The notes under the pieces are model-generated. The model was not told the DNA's origin. It saw nothing but the letters and a program-made list of their open reading frames with translations, and ran no database searches. DNA of 64,000 nucleotides from Alphaproteobacteria bacterium. GTDB lineage: Bacteria; Pseudomonadota; Alphaproteobacteria; Bin95. Below, in pieces: positions 40,302 through 50,388 of the stretch. Within the stretch, counting starts at the first letter, position 1, and the number at the start of each line of letters is the position of its first letter. The stretch lies in contig CBDBGH010000003.1 of NCBI GenBank assembly GCA_965205265.1, forward strand, positions 1,408,001-1,472,000. The letters are read 5' to 3'. Made by a program: the position numbers and the translations under genes.

Positions 40302-41315
40302 TCAAGCACGGGCGCCCTGCCCTCCGCCGGCGGCTGTCCTGGCGAGCCTGCCGAAAATCTCGAACACCGTCTGCCGCCGGTCGAGGGACAGCGTCATGCA
40401 GCGTTCCAGCAGGCGCGAGGCGCCCGCCTCGGCGTCCAGCCACGCGGCATCGGGGCCGATGGTCCGCAGGCGTTCGGCCAGGCTCATTGCAAGGATTCTT
40501 CCGAATGCCTGGAAATGCCCGGGCTCGCGGTTCTCCGTCACCGCGGCGGCGAGCGCCTCCAGGGCCTTGCGGTCGATAGCCGGCAGCGATTCGAGCAAGG
40601 CATCGACCGCCTGCTTGATTCCGCGTCCGCCGAGTCGCTCCAGTTCAAGCGCCGCGCCGGGGCTGCCGCCGGAAACCGCGAACAGGCGGGCGCATGCCTC
40701 CGCGTCCAGTTCCGGCGCGATATCGGAAAGGACATCGTCGAAATCCGGGCGGTCGAGAGGAACCATTCGCAGCAGGCGACAGCGGGAGCGCACCGTTGGG
40801 AGAAGCAGCGACGGGCGATGGGCGACCAATAAAATCAACACGTTGAGCGGTGGTTCTTCCAGAACTTTGAGGGCGGCGTTCTGCGCATTGGGATTCATCG
40901 AGTCGGCCCCGTCCACGATCAGGACGCGCCACGCCGACTCGCCGGGCGTGAGCTTCAGGAAGCGAATCGCGTCGCGTATCGCATCGACCCGGATTTCCCC
41001 ACGCGCGCCTGCCGGCTCTACGGTCCGCAAGTCGGCATGGCCGCCCGACGCCACGCGGCGGAAGACAGGCTCGTCGGCCGACAGATGGAGCGGCGTGGCC
41101 TCTGCCTCTTCCGGAAGCAATCCGGGTTGTCCTGCAAGGAGATAGCGGGCGAACCTGAAGGCCAGCGTCGCCTTGCCGATTCCGCGCGGCCCGGCAAGAA
41201 TCCAGGCATGATGCAGCCGGCCGGCGGCGTAATGGGCCGCAAGCATGCCCGCCGCGGCCAGGTGGCCGACCAGCCTCTCCCGTTTTCGCGGCTCCACTGC
41301 TTCCCCGCCGGTCAT
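40302..41315 (-). CDS. holB: DNA polymerase III subunit delta'
   Basis: HHAWILAGPRGIGKAT, NAALKVLEEPP, LPTVRSRC; tmk-holB-metG synteny. Confidence 0.93.
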   Translation of the reverse strand: MTGGEAVEPRKRERLVGHLAAAGMLAAHYAAGRLHHAWILAGPRGIGKATLAFRFARYLLAGQPGLLPEEAEATPLHLSADEPVFRRVASGGHADLRTVEPAGARGEIRVDAIRDAIRFLKLTPGESAWRVLIVDGADSMNPNAQNAALKVLEEPPLNVLILLVAHRPSLLLPTVRSRCRLLRMVPLDRPDFDDVLSDIAPELDAEACARLFAVSGGSPGAALELERLGGRGIKQAVDALLESLPAIDRKALEALAAAVTENREPGHFQAFGRILAMSLAERLRTIGPDAAWLDAEAGASRLLERCMTLSLDRRQTVFEIFGRLARTAAGGGQGARA

Positions 41316-41932
41316 GACAGGCCGAAATGCGCTGCAACGACGGCCTGCACGGCTGCCGCCACACTGTCCGGGTCCTGAGCAGCATCGACGACCGCTACGC
41401 GCTGCGTTTCCCGGCGCGCGATTTCAAGAAATCCCGCGCGCACGCGCAGATGCAGCTCGTCGTTCATCTCCTCGTAACGGCTCTTCTGCCGCTCGCGCGC
41501 TCTGTCCCGGCCCGTCTCAACGGGCAAGTCCAGCAGCAGCGTCAGGTCGGGCCGCAAGCCGCCGATGGCAAGCCGGCGCAGGACCGCCTCGTCTTCCGGC
41601 GCAACGCCCTGGCCGTAGCACTGGTAGGCAACCGTCGAATCGAAGAACCGGTCCGACAGCACCCATGTCCCGGCCGCAAGCGCCGGGCGGATGCGCTTTT
41701 CCGCATGCTCGCGCCGCGCCGCGTAGTGCAGCATCGCTTCCGTTAGCGGGTCCCAGTCCCGCGCCCCGGCGACAAGCAGCCCGCGGATGGCTTCGGCTTC
41801 CGTCGTGCCGCCCGGTTCGCGTGTGCGGATCACCTGGATGCCGTGCTCCTCCAGCCAGTCGGCCAGACGGCCCGCCTGGGTCGATTTTCCGGCCCCGTCG
41901 CCGCCTTCGAAAGTTATCAGCCTGCCGGTCAC
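41312..41932 (-). CDS. tmk: Thymidylate kinase
   Basis: ITFEGGDGAGKSTQ, TREPGG, DRFFDSTVAYQ, PDLT. Confidence 0.96.
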   Translation of the reverse strand: MTGRLITFEGGDGAGKSTQAGRLADWLEEHGIQVIRTREPGGTTEAEAIRGLLVAGARDWDPLTEAMLHYAARREHAEKRIRPALAAGTWVLSDRFFDSTVAYQCYGQGVAPEDEAVLRRLAIGGLRPDLTLLLDLPVETGRDRARERQKSRYEEMNDELHLRVRAGFLEIARRETQRVAVVDAAQDPDSVAAAVQAVVAAHFGLS

Positions 41933-43059
41933 GCCGCGGGGTCGAAGCCGAAGATCATGGCGCGCATCCGCTCGAAGATACGGCCGAAAAAGCCGACCCG
42001 CTCGACATCCGTTCCCGCGTAAAGCGGATGCTCCACCGGCTGGATGCCGGGCGCCTCCAGACGCAGAACTGCGAGCTGCTGGCCCTCCTTCACGGGAGCA
42101 ACGACCGGCCCCGTCCATCTGACGGACGCCTTCAGGCCCGAGCGCGCCTGGCGCTTCAGCGAAAGCACCACATCGCTGCCCGGAACCAGCGGCACACGGT
42201 CCACGCTGCCGAGCCACACGGCCGCCTTCTCGACGGTCTCTCCCCTTTTCAGGAGGGGATAGGCTGCGAACTCGCGGAAGCCCCATTCGATCAGCCGTTC
42301 CGACTCCCGCGCGCGCGGCCGGGAGTTCTTCAGCCCGTTCAACACGAGGTAGAGCCGTCTCCCGTCGCGCTCGGCGGAGGCGGTCAGGCCGTAACCCGAT
42401 GCGTTGGTATGGCCGGTCTTGAGGCCATCGGCGCCCGGAACGCGCCCCAACAGGGGATTGCGGTTGCGCTGCTTGATCTTGTTGAACTCGAACTCGCGCT
42501 CCGCAAACATCCCGTAATATTCGGGAAACCCGGTCACGAGAATCTGTGCAAGACGGGCAAGGTCCCGCGGCGAAATCTCATGTTGCGGATGCGGCCAGCC
42601 GGTCGCATTCGTGAAATTCGCGCTGGCAAGGCCCAGTTCCCGCGCGCGCGCCGTCATCGCTTCGGCGAAGGCTTCCTCGCTGCCGGAAATCCCCTCGGCA
42701 ATGACGATGGAGGCATCGTTGCCCGACTGCACGATGACGCCGCGCAGCAGGTCGGCGACCGACACGCGCCTGTTGACGCGCACGAAGGTCTTGGAGCCGC
42801 CCATCTTCCACGCCTTGTGGCTGACCGGGAAGGTCTGGTCCATCGAAAGCACGCCGGCTTTCAGCCGTTCGAAGACCATGAGCACGGTCATGAGCTTGCT
42901 CATCGACGCCGGCGGGAGCGGCGTGTCGGCGTCCTTTTCCAGCAGCACGGTCCCGGTCGTTCCGTCGATCAGTATCGCGTGCGGCGCAATGGTCGTATCG
43001 GCGCGGGCGGCCGGGGCCAGAAGCAGAGCGGCCAGAATAGCGAAGACACTCAATCGCAT
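41929..43059 (-). CDS. dacA: D-alanyl-D-alanine carboxypeptidase (S11)
   Basis: PASMSKLMT (SxxK), SGN, KTG. Confidence 0.93.
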   Translation of the reverse strand: MRLSVFAILAALLLAPAARADTTIAPHAILIDGTTGTVLLEKDADTPLPPASMSKLMTVLMVFERLKAGVLSMDQTFPVSHKAWKMGGSKTFVRVNRRVSVADLLRGVIVQSGNDASIVIAEGISGSEEAFAEAMTARARELGLASANFTNATGWPHPQHEISPRDLARLAQILVTGFPEYYGMFAEREFEFNKIKQRNRNPLLGRVPGADGLKTGHTNASGYGLTASAERDGRRLYLVLNGLKNSRPRARESERLIEWGFREFAAYPLLKRGETVEKAAVWLGSVDRVPLVPGSDVVLSLKRQARSGLKASVRWTGPVVAPVKEGQQLAVLRLEAPGIQPVEHPLYAGTDVERVGFFGRIFERMRAMIFGFDPAA

Positions 43060-43070
43060 GGGCGCGCCTC

Positions 43071-43931
43071 CTACCCTGTCGAGCGGACTACGAAGGCATC
43101 CCGCGGCCCGCGCGCCTTCACGCGGGCCTGCAGGGCGTCGGCCGACTGCCTGGTGTTTTCCGGCCCGATGCGGACGCGGTGCAGGACCCTGCCGTTTTTC
43201 GCCGTGCTCGTGTGAACCCGCACGCTGTCGAAGTGCCGCCTCAACCTGTTCGCCATGATCTCGGCATTCCTGCGGTCGCGAAACGTGCCAGCCTGCACAT
43301 AATACACGCCGGTCCTGGGGCTGCCGCCCCCGACGAAATCGGCCACGAGGCGGTCCTGCTGCCGGGCCCCGCCGCCGGCCTTCGCAATTCGGGCGACCTT
43401 GCGGCTCAGCTCGGGCAGCAGTTCGACCCGCACCCCGGTGACGCCCTTGCGGCGAAAACCGATCTTCTCGGCCGCTGCGAGCGACAGGTCGATGATCCGC
43501 TCGCGCGCATAGGGGCCGCGGTCGTTGATACGCACGACCACGCTTCGTCCATTGCTGAGATTGGTGACGCGCACGACGCTCGGCATCGGCAGCACGCGAT
43601 GCGCCGCCGTCATCGCGTACATGTTGAAGACTTCGCCATTAGCCGTCTGGCGGCTGTGGAATTTCCTTCCGTACCAGGACGCCATGCCGGTTTCGGAAAA
43701 GGTCTCGTATTCCTTCGGGCGATACCAGCGTTCGGCAATCTTGTAAGGCTCGCCGACCTTGTAGCTGCTGACATTGTAGGTCAGCGGGCGGTATGGCGAG
43801 GCCGAGACGCCGAGGCGCCTGTCCACGACCTTTCCGCCCCGCTCTCCCGTCTTCGCCGTCCGCTTAAACGTGTCGGGCGAACTGCAGGCGCAAACGGCGA
43901 ACGCCAGCAGCAGCGCAAGGACGCGGTTCAT
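43071..43931 (-). CDS. rlpA: Septal ring lytic transglycosylase lipoprotein (DPBB + SPOR)
   Basis: Lipobox, GMASWYG, TANGE, TAAHR, RINDRGP, IIDLS, C-terminal VQAGTF. Confidence 0.93.
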   Translation of the reverse strand: MNRVLALLLAFAVCACSSPDTFKRTAKTGERGGKVVDRRLGVSASPYRPLTYNVSSYKVGEPYKIAERWYRPKEYETFSETGMASWYGRKFHSRQTANGEVFNMYAMTAAHRVLPMPSVVRVTNLSNGRSVVVRINDRGPYARERIIDLSLAAAEKIGFRRKGVTGVRVELLPELSRKVARIAKAGGGARQQDRLVADFVGGGSPRTGVYYVQAGTFRDRRNAEIMANRLRRHFDSVRVHTSTAKNGRVLHRVRIGPENTRQSADALQARVKARGPRDAFVVRSTG

Positions 43932-44941
43932 CGGCACCCTCCGACGGCATCCGACAACAGCCCCACCGTCAACGCATAGAGATTGGAACAATTGTAGCGC
44001 AGCAGGCTTTCGTAGTTGCGATAGACGAGAAAGGCCTTGCCGTCGGCGTTGTCCGGCAGGAGCAGCCTGGCGTCGAGCGTGACGGCCGGCAACGCGGCGC
44101 CGGACAGGCGGCGCAGGCCCGCCGTCTGCCACGCCGCGAGGCTCTGCGCTTTTGTCGCCCGCCGGAGCGCGCGGCATCCCTTCGCCTTCCCGGCCACCAT
44201 CGAATCGTAAGCCTGCCTCACTGTCTTCGGCACCCGCACCCCGCGCCCCCATGTGCGTGCATCCGACCAGCCGTGCCGGTGGAGATAGTTGGCAATTGAG
44301 GCGAAAACATCGCCGAGATTATTCCAGATGTCCCGTCGGCCGTCGCCGTCGAAATCTTGCGCGAATGCAAGGTAGCTGGACGGGATGAACTGGGGATGGC
44401 CCATCGCGCCCGCCCAGGAGCCCTTCATGTCGGCCAGCTCGATATAGCCCTTGTCCACCATGCGCAGCGCATCCAGCAGTTGCGCGCGGAAGAAACGGGA
44501 CCGCCGCCGGTCGAACGCCAGCGTCGCGAGCGCCGGCACCACTTCCGTGCTGCCCCTGATGGCGCCGTAGCGGGTTTCGATGCCCCAGATTGCGACAATG
44601 AAGCGCGGTTGCACGCCGTAGCGCGCGGACACCCGCCGCAGCAGCCCGGCATGTTCCGCCATCATCGCCCTGCCCCGTTCGATATTGACGGGCTTGAGGA
44701 GGCGGTTGCTGTAGGTCTCGAAGGTCAACTTGAACTCCGGCTGCCTGCGGTCCCGGTTCAGGACCTTCTCCAGCGGCCTGAGCCCGGTGAGCGCAGCGTC
44801 CAGCGTGGCCGGCGAAATGCCCATGCCCGCGGCCTCGGCGCGAAATTCCGTCAGCCACCTGCCGAAATCGTCCGCCTGCCCGTCCCCGCCGGCGCAGCAG
44901 ACCCCGGCCAGCACCGCAAGCGCGACAGCGCCTCGCCGCAT
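43928..44941 (-). CDS. Lytic murein transglycosylase (MltB family)
   Basis: AIWGIETRYG, GSWAGAMGHPQFIPSSY, DFDGDGRRD, YNCSNLYA. Confidence 0.93.
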   Translation of the reverse strand: MRRGAVALAVLAGVCCAGGDGQADDFGRWLTEFRAEAAGMGISPATLDAALTGLRPLEKVLNRDRRQPEFKLTFETYSNRLLKPVNIERGRAMMAEHAGLLRRVSARYGVQPRFIVAIWGIETRYGAIRGSTEVVPALATLAFDRRRSRFFRAQLLDALRMVDKGYIELADMKGSWAGAMGHPQFIPSSYLAFAQDFDGDGRRDIWNNLGDVFASIANYLHRHGWSDARTWGRGVRVPKTVRQAYDSMVAGKAKGCRALRRATKAQSLAAWQTAGLRRLSGAALPAVTLDARLLLPDNADGKAFLVYRNYESLLRYNCSNLYALTVGLLSDAVGGCR

Positions 44942-45120
44942 CGCCTTCCCCTCGTTCGCGGGCCCGGCAACCGGAACCCCTGCAACCTCCGCGCCAACAT
45001 ATCGGACGATTCCGGGCCTGTCGCGCCGGCCGGTTCCCGCAATGCCTGTCTTTCGGGGCGTTTCCGGTTGGGCCATGATGGGCGCCGCTTTGCGCAAAAC
45101 CTCGCTGCGGGAGAAGAAGA

Positions 45121-45861
45121 ATGAAGCTTGCCGGCAAGACCGCGATCGTCACGGGAGGGGCCTGGGGCATGGGGGCGGTTACGGCCGAGCTCCTGGCGTC
45201 CGAGGGCGCGGATGTGGTCATCGCGGATATTCTGGAGGAAGAGGGGCGCTCCCGGGCAAAGAAGATTGCGGGTGACGGTGGAAAGGCCTCCTTCCACCGG
45301 CTGGATGTGACCGAGGATTCGGGATGGGCGGAACTGGCCGCCTCCCGGCCGGAAACCGACATCCTGGTCAACAATGCCGGCATCAGCGGCAGCGGCTACG
45401 CCGACCCGTTCGATCTCGACGCATGGAACAGCCTCATGGCCATCAATGTCACCGGGGCATTTCTCGGATGCCGGCATTTCGTGCCGAAGATGGCGGCCGC
45501 GGGCGGCGGCGTCATCGTCAATATCTCGTCCATTTCCGGCGTGGTCGGCCAGGACGTCGTCCATCACGGCTACAATGCCTCCAAGGGTGCCATCCGCGTA
45601 TTGACGAAATCGCTGGCCGTGCGCCATGCGCCCGAGGGAATCAGGGCGAATTCGGTTCATCCGGGGTTGATGCCGCCGATGCGGACCTCCGGCGCCACTG
45701 CCGATCCCGCCGTGCGCGAGCGGATGCTGCGCCGGGTTCCGATGGGCCGCAACGGACGGGCGGACGAGGTGGCCAAGGCCGTGCTCTTCCTGGCGTCCGA
45801 CGACAGCAGCTACTGCTCCGGCGTGGAGCTTTATGTGGACGGCGGTTATCTCGCGTCCTGA
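45121..45861 (+). CDS. SDR-family oxidoreductase
   Basis: TGGAWGMG, NNAG, YNASK, VDGG. Confidence 0.92.
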   Translation: MKLAGKTAIVTGGAWGMGAVTAELLASEGADVVIADILEEEGRSRAKKIAGDGGKASFHRLDVTEDSGWAELAASRPETDILVNNAGISGSGYADPFDLDAWNSLMAINVTGAFLGCRHFVPKMAAAGGGVIVNISSISGVVGQDVVHHGYNASKGAIRVLTKSLAVRHAPEGIRANSVHPGLMPPMRTSGATADPAVRERMLRRVPMGRNGRADEVAKAVLFLASDDSSYCSGVELYVDGGYLAS

Positions 45862-45963
45862 CCTTTGCCTTCCGGACGGGACGGGGCCGCCCTTCCCGTC
45901 CGGCGCATCCAATCCGGCGCCCCGACCGGCGGTTTCCCGGCGAATGAAGGAATCGAACAGCCG

Positions 45964-47625
45964 ATGTCATCCCCTTCCAATACGATCAGCGGCCGCAGCG
46001 CCTTCCTTGCCGTGCTCAAGGACGAAGGCGTCACGCATCTCTTCGGCAATCCGGGCACGACGGAGTTACCGATCATGCACGCGCTGACGGAGCAGACCGA
46101 CCTCGGCTATGTGCTGGGACTGCAGGAGTCGGTGGTCGTCGCCATGGCCGACGGCTATGCGCGCGCGTCCGGCAAGCTGGCGGCCTGCAACGTTCATGTC
46201 GCGCCGGGATTGGGGAACGCCATCGGCGCGCTCTACACCGCCTCGCAAAGCGGCTCGCCGATCATCGTGACCGCCGGCCAGCAGGAGCAGGGCCACGGGC
46301 TGACGGAACCGCTCCTCTATGCCCCGCTCACCCCGATTGCCGAGCCGGTGGTCAAATGGGCGGTGGAAGTCTCCAGAATCGAGGATCTGCCCCGCATCTT
46401 GCGCCGCGCCGCCAAGGTTGCGACGACCCCGCCGACGGGGCCGGTGTTCATCTCCCTGCCCGGAGACATCCTGAACCGCCACGAGGCCATTGATCTCGGC
46501 CGGGCCACCCGGGTCGACGCCCGCGCCCGCCCTTCGGACGAGGCGCTGGCGGCGATGGCCGACCGGATCGCCGCCGCTGCAAATCCGGTCATCCTCGCCG
46601 GCCATGAGACGGCCACCGGCGGCGCGCTCGATGCCGCCGCCCGGTTCGCCGCATTGCTGGGCGCGCCCGTTTACCAGCAAAGCGTGCCCCAGGGCGCGCA
46701 TTTTCCCTCGGAGCATCCCTGCTTCATGGGGGCGCTCACGCGCAGTCAGCCGCAGGTTCGCCGGACGCTGGCGCCCTACGACCTGATCGTCAGCCTCGGA
46801 GCCGACTTCCTGCGCATGTCGGTCTGGAGTGAAACGGACCCGCTGCCCGGGCATATGTCGGTCATCCAGATCGGCCTTCGGGACTGGGAACTCGCCAAGA
46901 ACTATCCCGCCGAGATCGCCGCGCTGAGCGATGTAAGGGAGACCCTTGCCGCCCTGAATCCGCTGCTGGAGGACAGGCTGGGCGCCAGCCGGCAGCAGCG
47001 TGTCGCCGCGCTTGCCGAGAGCAATTGGACCGCGAACCGGCGCAACGCGGCGGACGCCCTGGCGGAGGTACCGGAAGAGTCCGGGCCCATCCCGCCGGCC
47101 TGGCTCTGCAGGTGCCTGGCCGAGGAACTGCCCGAAGACGGCATCGTCGTCGATGAGGGCATCACCACCGGCGCGCGCCTTCTGGACTTCCTGCCGTTCC
47201 GGGATGCGAACGGGTATTTCGGCAATGTCTCGGGCGGCATCGGATGGGGCATTGCGGCGGCGGTCGGCGTGCAGATCGCGCAGCCCGCGCGGCGCACGGT
47301 GGCGCTTATCGGCGACGGCAGCGCCATGTATTCGATCCAGGCGCTCTGGACCGCCGTCAATGCCCGGCTGCCGGTCGTTTTCGTCATCGCCAACAATGGC
47401 GGCTACCGCATTCTGAAGGACAGGATGAAGGCGTTTCACGACAATGACGCGCCGATAGGAATGGATTTTCGCGATCCGCCCATCGATGCGACACGACTTG
47501 CGGAAGGCTTCGGCATGGCCGCCTTGCGGGCCGAAACGCCGGCCGCCTTCCGCAAGGCATACCGGGATGCGCTCGCAGGCTCGGGGCCCGTCCTGATCGA
47601 GGCGATGGTCAGCGCCGGCGGGTGA
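45964..47625 (+). CDS. TPP-dependent enzyme, benzoylformate decarboxylase-like
   Basis: FGNPGTTELP, AMADGYA, GDGSAMY...ANNGGY. Confidence 0.9.
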   Translation: MSSPSNTISGRSAFLAVLKDEGVTHLFGNPGTTELPIMHALTEQTDLGYVLGLQESVVVAMADGYARASGKLAACNVHVAPGLGNAIGALYTASQSGSPIIVTAGQQEQGHGLTEPLLYAPLTPIAEPVVKWAVEVSRIEDLPRILRRAAKVATTPPTGPVFISLPGDILNRHEAIDLGRATRVDARARPSDEALAAMADRIAAAANPVILAGHETATGGALDAAARFAALLGAPVYQQSVPQGAHFPSEHPCFMGALTRSQPQVRRTLAPYDLIVSLGADFLRMSVWSETDPLPGHMSVIQIGLRDWELAKNYPAEIAALSDVRETLAALNPLLEDRLGASRQQRVAALAESNWTANRRNAADALAEVPEESGPIPPAWLCRCLAEELPEDGIVVDEGITTGARLLDFLPFRDANGYFGNVSGGIGWGIAAAVGVQIAQPARRTVALIGDGSAMYSIQALWTAVNARLPVVFVIANNGGYRILKDRMKAFHDNDAPIGMDFRDPPIDATRLAEGFGMAALRAETPAAFRKAYRDALAGSGPVLIEAMVSAGG

Positions 47626-49639
47626 ACACGCCGACGGCCAGCAGCAGGGCCAGCAGCAGCGTCGTGGCCGCTATGCCGTAGCCGAGCAGCCGGCCCGCAT
47701 GCTGCAGCCCGGCGAAAGCGACGATGCTGCCGGCAAGCAGGGGGCCGGCAATGCTGCCGGCGCGCTCCACCACCCGGAAGGCCGCCGTGACCGGGCCGGT
47801 GCCGAAGGCTTCGGTTTCGGACCTGAAATAAATCGGCAGCACGGCCACTTGCGGCGTCATCACGAAGGACTGGCCGAGCCCGATCAGCGCGACGCCGCAA
47901 GCCAGCAGCAAGGCGTCGGTCGTGGAAACGAACAGCAGGCAGCCCGCCGCCACCGAAATCCCGCCAACGACGATCAGCATGCCGTGGTTCTGGAACCTGT
48001 CGGCTATCAGCGCCGCCGCCTGGTTCATGACCAGCAACACCAGGAAATAGACCATCATGGTGCGCCCGATGGCCGCCCCGCCGAAATCGAGCGAATCCAG
48101 ATAGAGCGGCACGAGGAAGAACAGGAAGCCGGTGAGCACGGTCCGCGACGGCAGGGCCGAGAGCGCCATGAATGTCATGAATCCCGGACTGCCGTAAATT
48201 CCGAACCGCCTACGATGGGCCTGTGCGCCCGCTCTGGTCCCGACTCCTTCCTCCGACGACAGGAAGCCGAAGGCGATCATCATGGCCACGAAGACGATGG
48301 TTGCCCCGACGATAAAGGTGTTCTCGTATCCCAGCCGTTCGGCGAGGATGCCGCCGATTGCGGTCGCGCAGATGCTGCCGCCGCCCGTGGCCGTGACGAA
48401 CACGCCGATATTGAGCGCGCGCCGGCGTTCCGGCGCCGTTATGGCAAGCCGGACCAGAATTGCAGCGGTGACGAGGCCGAAGCCCGCCGCCGTTACGCAA
48501 CGCCACGCAATGAGTTCGACGAACCCGGTCGCGAATGCCGTCGCGATGAGGCCGACGCTCGTGGGCGCCATGCCGAGCAACAGCGTGTTGCGCGTGCCGA
48601 GGCGGCGGATCAGCGTCGGCGCAAGCGGTGTCGTGAACAGCATTGCGACCACCCAGACCGACATCGGCATGGCGATCGCGATCGAGGCGTCGATGCCGAG
48701 CGAGGGATCGTAGAGGTCGCGCACGAAGAGGGGGAAGAAGGGACGAGAGAGTTCGACGCCGAAAATGAAGAAGAACAGTGGATACTGCACGTCTCCGGCG
48801 CGCAGCACCTGCACCGGCCGGTAGGCGCCCTCCTCGGCGAATACCCGCCCTTCCCGAAGCCTTTCGACGGCGCCGCCGGCGGTCACCAATGCGCGGAAAC
48901 GCCGGTTGATCTCGGTATTGATGCTATTCATGGCGTCGATGACCCGGGCTAGGTCGTCGCGTCCGCGCGAGGCGATGGAGGCCGAGAAGTCCCCTTCGCT
49001 GACCGCATGCATCAACCGCCTCATCAGGCCGATGGACCGGGCGACCGTAAGCGACAGCACCAGCAGGGTGAGTTCGAGAACGATCAGGATGGCGACGCAC
49101 AGCGAGATGCCGATATCGGTGAAGATGCCGGCCATGGTGTTGCGGACGTAACGCCGGTCTATTCCGACCATTGCGTGCCCGACCTGTTCGCCGCCATGAA
49201 GCAGGGGATGCGCGATATTGTAGTCGGAGCCGATCGAAACGAATGCGCCGGCATTCGCGGCAAAGGGATTGGAACTGGTATCGACTCCCTCGCCGGCCTC
49301 CGCCGAGAACAGCACCTTGCCCTCGGCATCGGTCACGGCGAGATAGGCAACCTCGGGGTGGTCGGTCAGCAAGTCGTCCAGATAGGCGTCCACACCCCTC
49401 AGGCCTTCGACCGGGATATCGAGGCGTACTGCCGTGTTGAGATCGTTGGCAATCGACCGGGCCAGGACATGCGCTTTGCCCTTGATGACGGGCTCCAGCC
49501 TCGTCTCCACCGCGCCGAGCGCAATCCAGGCAAGGAACGCATTTGCGGCAACGAGGGCCAGCACGGCGACGAAACCGATGCGGATGCCGATGCCCGCAAG
49601 GGTCGGAGCCCGTCGGTGGCCGCCGCGGTCGGGGCTCAC
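47609..49639 (-). CDS. Periplasmic sensor + HAMP + MFS transporter fusion
   Basis: TM, about 130-aa periplasmic domain, TM, HAMP (AVSEGDFSASIASRGRDDLARV), then about 12 hydrophobic helices with RRLGTR and IADRF loops. Confidence 0.8.
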   Translation of the reverse strand: MSPDRGGHRRAPTLAGIGIRIGFVAVLALVAANAFLAWIALGAVETRLEPVIKGKAHVLARSIANDLNTAVRLDIPVEGLRGVDAYLDDLLTDHPEVAYLAVTDAEGKVLFSAEAGEGVDTSSNPFAANAGAFVSIGSDYNIAHPLLHGGEQVGHAMVGIDRRYVRNTMAGIFTDIGISLCVAILIVLELTLLVLSLTVARSIGLMRRLMHAVSEGDFSASIASRGRDDLARVIDAMNSINTEINRRFRALVTAGGAVERLREGRVFAEEGAYRPVQVLRAGDVQYPLFFFIFGVELSRPFFPLFVRDLYDPSLGIDASIAIAMPMSVWVVAMLFTTPLAPTLIRRLGTRNTLLLGMAPTSVGLIATAFATGFVELIAWRCVTAAGFGLVTAAILVRLAITAPERRRALNIGVFVTATGGGSICATAIGGILAERLGYENTFIVGATIVFVAMMIAFGFLSSEEGVGTRAGAQAHRRRFGIYGSPGFMTFMALSALPSRTVLTGFLFFLVPLYLDSLDFGGAAIGRTMMVYFLVLLVMNQAAALIADRFQNHGMLIVVGGISVAAGCLLFVSTTDALLLACGVALIGLGQSFVMTPQVAVLPIYFRSETEAFGTGPVTAAFRVVERAGSIAGPLLAGSIVAFAGLQHAGRLLGYGIAATTLLLALLLAVGVFTRRR

Positions 49640-50388
49640 CTCGCATTCCTTTCAGCGGCCGCGAGCGTCGCCGCCGTTTCGCGCACGGAGGCGCTGTAGC
49701 CGACGAATTCGGCGAGGTCGGTGTCCGCCGGCGTTTCACCCGATTCCGGCTTCAGAAGGCTTTCAACGCTTCGACGCAGATAACGGGCGGTTCTGGTCAG
49801 TTTCCATAGGGCAGCCGCAGTTCCCAGCACCGCCAGCAGCCCGCTGGCAAAAAAGATGAGAGCCGCAGCCTCCACAAGCTCCGTCGTCAGTCCTTCGACG
49901 ATGCCGTTGAAACGCGCCTTGCTGTAGCGAACCGCGACCCCGCCTTCGAGCTTGCCGAAATTGTTGATGACGGGCGCGCCGACCACGAAGGATTCCGGGT
50001 CCTCGATGCGCCAGACATCCCCCGCCGCCTCCCGGTTGCCTGCGTTCCAGGCCCGGGGCGCCTGCGACCCTCCGCCATTCAACTCGTCGCCGCCATGTAC
50101 GAGCAGCCTGCCTCCCGCATCGAAAATGCTGACGGACTGAAATTCCGGATATTCGGCGACCAGCGCCTCCACCATGGTCCGGCTTTCGGCGATGTCCTTG
50201 AGAGGCAGGCCGAGGTCCACGGCCTGCCGCAGCCGGCGGGAGGTGTCGAGTGTGACGACCGAGACACGCGAATCGTCGAGCCCGCGCAGGATATCGGCGA
50301 ATTTCTGCTGGTTGAGCAGGATCATCAGCGCCATCGTCACGGCAAAGGCGCAAAGAAAGGCGGCGTTCAGGACAACCAGCAACCTCAT
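49636..50388 (-). CDS. Two-TM membrane protein with periplasmic Cache-like domain, no output domain
   Basis: TMs at both ends; AVDLGLPLKDI, IFDAGGRLL, VVGAPVINNFGKLEGGVAV; 4-bp overlaps with both neighbours. Confidence 0.75.
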   Translation of the reverse strand: MRLLVVLNAAFLCAFAVTMALMILLNQQKFADILRGLDDSRVSVVTLDTSRRLRQAVDLGLPLKDIAESRTMVEALVAEYPEFQSVSIFDAGGRLLVHGGDELNGGGSQAPRAWNAGNREAAGDVWRIEDPESFVVGAPVINNFGKLEGGVAVRYSKARFNGIVEGLTTELVEAAALIFFASGLLAVLGTAAALWKLTRTARYLRRSVESLLKPESGETPADTDLAEFVGYSASVRETAATLAAAERNAR

